Of a stretch of 64,000 nt of DNA, positions 57,133 to 64,000 are shown in pieces; position 1 is the stretch's first letter, and every line of letters starts with the position of its first letter. The notes under the pieces were generated by a model. It saw only the letters and a list, made by a program, of their open reading frames with translations. It ran no database searches and had not been told where the DNA came from. The stretch is from Infirmifilum sp. (GTDB lineage Archaea; Thermoproteota; Thermoprotei; Thermofilales; Thermofilaceae): contig JBEULP010000062.1 of NCBI GenBank assembly GCA_041287245.1, positions 15,634 through 79,633 of the forward strand. Reading direction: 5' to 3'. The position numbers were made by a program, and so were the translations under genes.

Positions 57133-58649
57133 TAGGTTTGAGTAGCATACCTTTATTATGGGTTAGTGTTCTGGCGCCGCTACTAGCGGCTCTCGTGATA
57201 GTTTTCCAGCGAGATAGAAGGGCAGCTGCTTTTCTAGCCTCTGGGTCTCTATTCCTGTCAGCAGCGTGCCTACTCTTCACCTACATGGTTAACGCCGCTA
57301 ATAAACCTTGGATGGACCCGGTGAGCTTCGCCATTAACGGGCTTGGCACATTCGGCATGCTTCTCGACGCGCCTTCGTTTCTCGTAGCCTTTTCCATAGC
57401 CGTTACAACTGCGCTGATATCGCTTTATAGCCTGCCATACATGGAGCACCGCTTCGAGGAGATGCTTCACGAGGGCCTCCACCCGCCAGGCTGGCGCTCC
57501 TACTACTTCTTATTCACGCTGTTCTCACTGGCTATGATAGGCACAGTACTGTCAACCAACATTATCGAGTTCTACGTCTTCCTCGAGCTCACGCTGATAC
57601 CGAGCTTCCTTCTAATAGCCTTCTACGGTTACGGGGACAGGATAAGGATAGCGATAATGTACCTGCTGTGGACCCATGTGGGGGCCCTCTTATTCCTCAT
57701 TGGAGCCCTAACTGTAGGCTTTCAAAAAGGCTTCGATTTTATACGCATAGACGGCACGTACAACATCGGCCTGGGAGAAGGAGTATCGCTAGCGATATAC
57801 GCGTTCTGGCTTATGGTAATAGGGCTATCGGTAAAACTCGCCGTGCTGGGGGTCCACATGTGGCTGCCCTACGCCCACGCCGAGGCCCCGACCCCAATCT
57901 CCGCCCTCCTAAGCCCCAACCTCATCGGTCTAGGGGGAGCCATGATGTTCAAAATCGTGTACGTCATGTTCCCCCGAACGTTCGCCGCGAACGGGCCCGT
58001 TCTAACGCTATGGGCTCTAGCAACAATAATCTACGGCGGGCTCATGGCGCTCAACCAGACAGACTTTAAGAGGTTGCTCGCCTATAGCAGTATTTCACAG
58101 ATGGGCTACCTACTACTCGGGCTTTCATCCGTGACAGTCTATGGCGTAGCAGGCACTTTCCTGCACTATATGGTTCACGCATTCGGAAAGGCCGTGCTCT
58201 TCGGAGTAGCGGGTATTATAATAGCAACCTACCATGGTCTGAGAGACATAACTAAGATGGGCGGCTTAGCCGAGAAAATGCCCTATACAGCCTCTTTAGC
58301 TTTACTCGGGTTCATGCATATTACAGGCATACCACCAACCGCTGGCATTTGGAGCGAGTACCTTATTGTTAGAGGAACCGTGGAGCGAGTATTACAACTA
58401 GGAGCGGCGTGGTACGTAGGAACAGCCATAGCACTTCTATTAGGAATCGGCCTTTCAACAGCCTATGCGTTTCTCACTATGAGGAGAATATTCTACGGTC
58501 CACTTAGGGTGGATAACGCCCACGAGGCCTTAAAACAGCTGCTCGCACCCCTCGTAATACTTGCCGCTCTAGGGGTCGTCTCATTTATCCTAGCATCCCC
58601 CTTGATCGACCCTCTTGTCTCACAGTTGTCGAAGATGATGTCTCCCTGA
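57129..58649 (+). CDS. nuoM: complex I-like subunit M
   Basis: FYVFLE, HMWLPYAHAEAP, KRLLAYSS. Confidence 0.9.
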   Translation: MIGLSSIPLLWVSVLAPLLAALVIVFQRDRRAAAFLASGSLFLSAACLLFTYMVNAANKPWMDPVSFAINGLGTFGMLLDAPSFLVAFSIAVTTALISLYSLPYMEHRFEEMLHEGLHPPGWRSYYFLFTLFSLAMIGTVLSTNIIEFYVFLELTLIPSFLLIAFYGYGDRIRIAIMYLLWTHVGALLFLIGALTVGFQKGFDFIRIDGTYNIGLGEGVSLAIYAFWLMVIGLSVKLAVLGVHMWLPYAHAEAPTPISALLSPNLIGLGGAMMFKIVYVMFPRTFAANGPVLTLWALATIIYGGLMALNQTDFKRLLAYSSISQMGYLLLGLSSVTVYGVAGTFLHYMVHAFGKAVLFGVAGIIIATYHGLRDITKMGGLAEKMPYTASLALLGFMHITGIPPTAGIWSEYLIVRGTVERVLQLGAAWYVGTAIALLLGIGLSTAYAFLTMRRIFYGPLRVDNAHEALKQLLAPLVILAALGVVSFILASPLIDPLVSQLSKMMSP

Positions 58650-58666
58650 AAGCGAGGTGAAGTTCG

Positions 58667-60745
58667 GTGCAGGAAGCCCTAATACTTGCCTGGCTCGGCC
58701 CATACCTGGCTACCGTTTCAATAATTTTTCTAAACAAGGCCTCGTGGCGCGTTAAATCGACAACAGCTATAATCGGGATCCTTACCGCTGCCCTTGCCTC
58801 CACTCTCGGACTTTTCGAGATCCTAGGGGGGCGTGAGGTTCACGTATCATACGTCTGGGTCAAGACGCTAAACGTTAACATAGGGGTATTCTTCGACGGC
58901 CTCTCAACCCTGATGGCGTTGGTTGTGTCGTGGCTAAGCTTTCTAATAGCAGTGTACAGCTACGAATACATGAAGGGAGAGGTTGGAGAGACCAGGTACT
59001 GGCTCTTCTTCACTTTCTTCGTCGGGAGCATGATGCTACTAGTGCTCTCAGACAACCTTCTCTCGATGTTCGTCGGCTGGGAGGGGACAGGCCTAGCCAG
59101 CTACGCCCTAATAGGCCACTGGTTCTCAGACGAGGAGGAAAGATGGGTGGGCGACCCAGGCAGGAAGGCCCTAGGAGTACCAATGTGGTTCGAGCCGAGC
59201 CATTCAGGGCTAAGAGCACTAGTCTTTACCAGGCTGGGCGACGTCGGCATGATATTCGGGATAGCAACCCTCCACACCCTCCTTGGGACAACTCTTCTCG
59301 CAACGGTGGCTCAAGGCTCCTGGGCAACCAGGCTTCTAACCGCCGGCGTGATGCCGGCGTTCCTTTGGCTACTCTTCCTCGGAGCAGTTGCTAAGAGCGC
59401 TCAGTTCCCCTTCCACGAGTGGCTGGTAACTGCAATGACCGGCCCTACTAGCGTCAGTGCGCTGATACATGCTGCCACTATGGTTAAAGCCGGCGTATAC
59501 TTTTTACTCAGGTTTGCCCCTATACTCGTAACTGTCCACTTTGTCCTCCAGGGCGTCGGGGCGCAGGAGATAATACCCGCCTTCCTCGAAGACCTAGCCC
59601 TCCTCGGCGCGTTCACCGCGTTCATGATGGCTACCATGGCACTGGTAAGCCGGGAGCTTAAGCTTGTGCTCGCCTTTTCAACAGCAGGCCAGCTTGGCTA
59701 TATGTTCCTCGGAGTAGCCTCAGGCACCCTAGTGCTCGGCGCTATGGGAGGTCTTGCTGCAGGCTTCTCGCACCTTATGAGCCACGCCGTCTTTAAGGCT
59801 GCACTTTTTCTAGCAGCGGGTGCCGTAATCCACGCGGTGCACAGCAGGTTCATTGACGACATGGGTGGGTTAGCCTCAGACATGAAGCTAACGGCGTTTT
59901 CCTTCCTTCTCGCCGGGCTAAGCTTGTCCGGTATCCCCCCGTTCGCAGGGTTCTGGACGAAGGATGAGATAATACACTTGACGGCTGAGGCAGGGCTAGT
60001 CTTACCCTCGATACTTGCTGTCACAACAGCCCTCCTGACGGCGATGTACACGGCACGCGTCTTCGCCCGGGTATTCACAGGCGAGCAAAAGTCGGGGCAT
60101 GGGCATCACCCTCACGAGCCTGGTATTGCGATGCTAGCCCCCTACTTTACGCTAGGGCTTCTAAGCCTGCTGATAGGCGTCGCCTGGCCGTTGTTGAGCC
60201 GGGAGGTTGATTCAATATTAGAGCATACACTGGGGGTTAGTGAGACCACCCGACTATACGAGGCAACCCCGATACCTGGAGCAACCGAGCTCACACTGTT
60301 TTTCGCTGTGGGAGGCTTCCTTGTCATACTATACCTGTATGCACTCAGAGGATGGATCCCCTATCCGAAGGTCAAGACAAACAGCATCCTCATGCGTATT
60401 CATGGTTTCCTATATGACAGGTGGTACTTGAACGCTGCATATTACAGGGTGATCGTGAACGGCACCCTCGGCATCTCAAGGCTTATTGGGAGATACGTCG
60501 ACGCTGGCCTCATAGACCGCTTGTACCATGCTGCAATACCCTCACTCTTCATGGCATTCTCTTCAGCTACCAGGACAGTGGAGAAAGCGTATGATACCCT
60601 GATCCACGAGAAACTAGTAGGACTATTCAGCCTCCTTTGGAAAGAGTTTAAGAGGATGGAGACCGGGAGAGCGCCGCACTATCTCATTTACTTCTGGATA
60701 GGGGCTTCCTTAATACTCCTCCTGATCATCCTGTGGGTGATATAG
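58667..60745 (+). CDS. nuoL: complex I-like subunit L
   Basis: GWEGTG, RLGD, KSAQFPFHEWL..AMTGPTSVSALIHAATMV, HAVFKA. Confidence 0.92.
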   Translation: MQEALILAWLGPYLATVSIIFLNKASWRVKSTTAIIGILTAALASTLGLFEILGGREVHVSYVWVKTLNVNIGVFFDGLSTLMALVVSWLSFLIAVYSYEYMKGEVGETRYWLFFTFFVGSMMLLVLSDNLLSMFVGWEGTGLASYALIGHWFSDEEERWVGDPGRKALGVPMWFEPSHSGLRALVFTRLGDVGMIFGIATLHTLLGTTLLATVAQGSWATRLLTAGVMPAFLWLLFLGAVAKSAQFPFHEWLVTAMTGPTSVSALIHAATMVKAGVYFLLRFAPILVTVHFVLQGVGAQEIIPAFLEDLALLGAFTAFMMATMALVSRELKLVLAFSTAGQLGYMFLGVASGTLVLGAMGGLAAGFSHLMSHAVFKAALFLAAGAVIHAVHSRFIDDMGGLASDMKLTAFSFLLAGLSLSGIPPFAGFWTKDEIIHLTAEAGLVLPSILAVTTALLTAMYTARVFARVFTGEQKSGHGHHPHEPGIAMLAPYFTLGLLSLLIGVAWPLLSREVDSILEHTLGVSETTRLYEATPIPGATELTLFFAVGGFLVILYLYALRGWIPYPKVKTNSILMRIHGFLYDRWYLNAAYYRVIVNGTLGISRLIGRYVDAGLIDRLYHAAIPSLFMAFSSATRTVEKAYDTLIHEKLVGLFSLLWKEFKRMETGRAPHYLIYFWIGASLILLLIILWVI

Positions 60746-62116
60746 ATGCTTGAAACAGCGTTTTATGCAAGTATCGCCGTGCTCGCGGCAAACATGTTGG
60801 TAGGGATCTACAGTGGAAAAAGTAAAAGACTATCACAAGCCTCCACCCTAGCCTCCTTGGCGATAGTACTGAGCCTCAGCATTCTCTCACTTCTTACCCC
60901 CATGGCTCTACGAGTATCTGGGGAGATCACGTCAGACCCGTTTTCACAAGCCTTGACCGTTGTTATTCTCTTAGATGTTCTCATCGCCATCTATGGCTCT
61001 TTAGAGCCAGCTATGGAATACAGATACCCCCAGGGTGTCGACGTCTTAACCTCAGCAGCCCTCCTGGGCCTCATAGGCATAGCCTGGTCCAACAGCCTTC
61101 TAATGTTCTTTTCCTCATGGATCCTCTTCTCAGCGTCAAGTTATGCACTGATAGCTATACCCCGCGACAAGTACTCTGCTTCAGGGGCATCTAAATACGC
61201 ACTTATGAGCCTGGCGGCCTCCAACCTCCTACTCCTCGCCTTAGGGCTATTAGTTATCAATACTCGATCCATGCTTATCACTCCAACCGCGGCGTTCCCG
61301 CACGTCACAGCTGTCGCTATACTGGCTCTGCTCTTAGCCTCCCTCGGGTTCAAAGTAGGCGTCTTTCCATTCCACGCCTGGCTTCCCGATACTTATGGGT
61401 ATTCCGATCCACTACCCGTCTCTATTGTAGCTCCCCTCTCAAAGACAGCGACTATTCTTGCTTTGTACAAGCTTTCCGTGATAATTGCAAAGGGAGCTGG
61501 AGGGTTCTGGCTGAGCCTCGTAGGCATAATGTCTGTGTTTACCATGACCTATGGTAATATCACAGCCCTCCTACAACAGGAGTTGCAGGCGCTCCTAGCC
61601 TATAGTAGTATCGCCCAAGCAGGATATCTCCTGGTGGGAGTTGCCTCTCTCGCACTTGCTGGCAGCTCCTACGAGTATGCCCTATACGGGCTGGCGCTCC
61701 AACTCCTCGCCTACTCCTTAGCGAAGACGGGGCTCTTCCTACTAGCCAGGGCGATCAGGAAAAACGGGGAAAAACCACCCGCACTGACAGCCCTAAGAGG
61801 GTTAGGCCGCCTTAACCCCTCCTTAGCCGCCTCCACAGCGGTTCTGACGCTCAGCCTCATGGGCATGCCCCCGCTTGCCGGCTTCTGGGGAAAGCTATTC
61901 CTATTCATAGCCCCGGTCACACAGGCCCCGTGGCTTACGGGAATAGCCCTTATTAACACAGGTATAGCTGCAGCATACTACGCGCGCCTTATCAAGGCTA
62001 TATACTTCGAAGAGGGTGAAGTGAAAGTCCTTTATGCTACGACCTCCAATGCTGTTAAGGTGCTAGCAGTTCTAACAGTTCTAGCCGGGCTTATCCCGTT
62101 CTTCCTCCACCCCTAG
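60746..62116 (+). CDS. nuoN: complex I-like subunit N
   Basis: FKVGVFPFHAWLPD, LAYSSIAQAGY, GMPPLAGFWGK. Confidence 0.9.
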   Translation: MLETAFYASIAVLAANMLVGIYSGKSKRLSQASTLASLAIVLSLSILSLLTPMALRVSGEITSDPFSQALTVVILLDVLIAIYGSLEPAMEYRYPQGVDVLTSAALLGLIGIAWSNSLLMFFSSWILFSASSYALIAIPRDKYSASGASKYALMSLAASNLLLLALGLLVINTRSMLITPTAAFPHVTAVAILALLLASLGFKVGVFPFHAWLPDTYGYSDPLPVSIVAPLSKTATILALYKLSVIIAKGAGGFWLSLVGIMSVFTMTYGNITALLQQELQALLAYSSIAQAGYLLVGVASLALAGSSYEYALYGLALQLLAYSLAKTGLFLLARAIRKNGEKPPALTALRGLGRLNPSLAASTAVLTLSLMGMPPLAGFWGKLFLFIAPVTQAPWLTGIALINTGIAAAYYARLIKAIYFEEGEVKVLYATTSNAVKVLAVLTVLAGLIPFFLHP

Positions 62117-62147
62117 AGTACGAGAAAAACTTCATGTTGTCTTTCTC

Positions 62148-62891
62148 TTAGAGATATTTTATTTTCTCCAGGTACTTATGGATATAACTCCTATTAGCCT
62201 CATCCCCGCCAGGCACGTTTGAACTCATCCACACTTCAGGCTTAACCCCCTTCTCGAGGAGCTTCTCAACCACGCGGGCCGTAATAGCCTGCAAGATAAA
62301 CGCGCAGACAATTGTCGAGACAGGGGCAACCTTCTGCGGAAAGCCTTCCAACTTTAGAACCGCATCGCCCGCTGGAACTTTGTTATCGATGACGATGTCA
62401 GCCAACTCGAATAGCTTCTTACCGAGGGGGTTTGAAGCAGGCACACTACGGCTATACTCTACACTCGTCAAGGCTATCACCTTCATCCCTCGGTCCCTCG
62501 CCTCCTTAGCCATCTCAACGGGCACCGCGTTCTTCCCAGAGTTTGACACAATAATTATGACGGAGTTGGGGTATATGGGAACAGAGTCTAGAATCGACTT
62601 CGCATACCCTGGGGTACGCTCAAGAAACGTGCTTCTAACGGCGCCTCCGAAACCCGAAATGCTTAGATCAAACAAGGGATAAACCCTAACAAGGCCTCCG
62701 GCCCTATAGAACATCTCTAAGGCCAGGATCATAGAGTGGCCTGTGCCGAAAACGTATAGAAAGCCGCCCTTGCCCAGGGAATCCGCTATCAAGTCAGCAG
62801 CTCTCTCAAGGTTCTCTTCTTGCGAGAAGAACACATTTTGAAGGAGCTCGCTTACCGCTAGATAAAATTTCTCGAGAGCTGTCTCACCCAT
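62148..62891 (-). CDS. SIS-domain sugar isomerase/binding protein
   Basis: FGTGHS, YRAGGL, SNSGKN, IDNKVPAGDA, SSNVPGGD. Confidence 0.85.
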   Translation of the reverse strand: MGETALEKFYLAVSELLQNVFFSQEENLERAADLIADSLGKGGFLYVFGTGHSMILALEMFYRAGGLVRVYPLFDLSISGFGGAVRSTFLERTPGYAKSILDSVPIYPNSVIIIVSNSGKNAVPVEMAKEARDRGMKVIALTSVEYSRSVPASNPLGKKLFELADIVIDNKVPAGDAVLKLEGFPQKVAPVSTIVCAFILQAITARVVEKLLEKGVKPEVWMSSNVPGGDEANRSYIHKYLEKIKYL

Positions 62892-63125
62892 TTCTTTTCA
62901 ACAATATCCTTATCTTGGTCACCTAATAAACATATGCTCCACTGGTGGCGAGGCTTTTAATTCACAAACTGGTTTCCAGATTTGTTCTACCCTGAAGGTA
63001 AACTTCTTGTAGACTCTCAGTAAAGGCAATCAAATTGAACAGTTAAATCACTTTCTTTAGTAACGGGTGCGGTTGGAAGGTGAAAGGCGAAAATAATAAG
63101 TAGGGCGTTAATGAATCTTTTTTGT

Positions 63126-63410
63126 ATGTCGCGAGACCAGCTTATAGGGGCAATAATAATGGTCGCATCTATCGTTGTCATCGTAGCTTACGCGTGGCTC
63201 GTCTTCTTCACCCAGTGGAGCACCCTGGTAATGCAGCTGACAATGTTTCTAGCGGTAGCCGGCGTCTTCGGGATAATGGCATGGATAGGTTATACTCTAG
63301 CTACAACCCCACCTCCAAAACCGATCGAGGAGATAGAGAAGGAAATAGAGGAGGAGCTCAAAAAACTAGAGGAGGAGCAGAAGCAACAGACGTCCCAGCA
63401 GACCCAGTAG
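63126..63410 (+). CDS. small two-TM protein with C-terminal coiled coil
   Basis: DQLIG...WIGYTLATTPPPKPIEEIEKEIEEEL; ATG 63126. Confidence 0.8.
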   Translation: MSRDQLIGAIIMVASIVVIVAYAWLVFFTQWSTLVMQLTMFLAVAGVFGIMAWIGYTLATTPPPKPIEEIEKEIEEELKKLEEEQKQQTSQQTQ

Positions 63411-63559
63411 AAAGCCTTCTTCAACCACGTATTTCTTCACCTTCTGGTTATAACCTTCTTATTGCAGCAGAATAAGCGGGGGTGGGAAGAATTAAGCATC
63501 TTCATCTTCGAGGTTACTAAGAAATACCTTTAAACCCCCTTCTCGTTTTGAACAGGCGT

Positions 63560-63835
63560 ATGGTTCGAGAGGTCAAACTGAAAGTAGTGAATAAGAGCGG
63601 CTTACACGCGAGGCCTGCCGCACTTTTTGTGCAACACGCGAAGAACTTCGCCTCTAAGATTATTATCAGGAAAGCCGGGAAATCCGCCGATTCGAAAAAT
63701 ATACTGCAACTTCTATCCCTAGGTATAGACATGGGGGACGAAATTGAACTCATTGCTGAGGGACCAGACGAGGACAAGGCTATAGCGGAGCTTGCGAGGC
63801 TAATACAAGAAGTGTTGCCGCAGCAAGACAAGTAG
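63560..63835 (+). CDS. ptsH: PTS phosphocarrier HPr
   Basis: NKSGLHARPAA, LLSLG, AEGPDE; ATG 63560. Confidence 0.93.
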   Translation: MVREVKLKVVNKSGLHARPAALFVQHAKNFASKIIIRKAGKSADSKNILQLLSLGIDMGDEIELIAEGPDEDKAIAELARLIQEVLPQQDK

Positions 63836-63893
63836 CGCTCTAAGAGGGCTTAGAATAACCCCATCGAGTACCGGGCGCTCCACCTTACAGATC

Positions 63894-64000
63894 TCACTCA
63901 TAAAAGCTTATTCCACTCTGATTAAGGATTTTCCGGGCCCACTCCACAACCTCCTCTACAGTCTGTGTCTGCATTAAGACAGCATGTTCTCTCTCACGGA
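63894..64000 (-). CDS. 3' end of a CDS running off the window
   Basis: Open minus frame ...TVEEVVEWARKILNQSGISFYE*. Confidence 0.4.
   Translation of the reverse strand, partial: REREHAVLMQTQTVEEVVEWARKILNQSGISFYE

Noticed and set aside
52316..62116. Group 4 NiFe hydrogenase
   Set aside because: The large subunit lacks both CxxC motifs

Overview
A 64 kb chromosomal window from a hyperthermophilic crenarchaeote. Gene content (HPr, fused GuaA, headless complex I, C/D sRNAs, Lhr, AlaX-M) is most compatible with Thermofilaceae; this assignment is inference. Most of the window is densely packed housekeeping and metabolic genes: lhr, tmk, cbiMNQO, menA-like, cyoE, nadE, apgM, moeA x2, mobA, pstSCAB, vapBC, birA, guaB-deaminase-guaA, two AbrB-PhoU regulators, an 11-gene nuoA-N cluster and ptsH. 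Five non-routine signals stand out. (1) A tightly overlapped four-gene operon at 5529-7863 encodes a wHTH protein, a degenerate RecA-fold protein, a RadA paralog without the FxxA motif and a Cas4/RecB-like nuclease. (2) A TAAnnwTGTTA palindromic site is repeated at exact 21-bp phasing, five times at 12042-12146 and twice over the promoter of that operon. (3) A 1351-bp tnpB-only IS200/IS605 element splits a C69 peptidase gene, and its target tetramer appears mutated. (4) Several non-autonomous derivatives of related elements are present: 44-45 bp single-hairpin units and an omegaRNA-retaining 340-bp unit. (5) There are two C/D box sRNAs. No CRISPR array, tRNA or rRNA was recognised. Product calls rest on motif recognition only; no searches were run.
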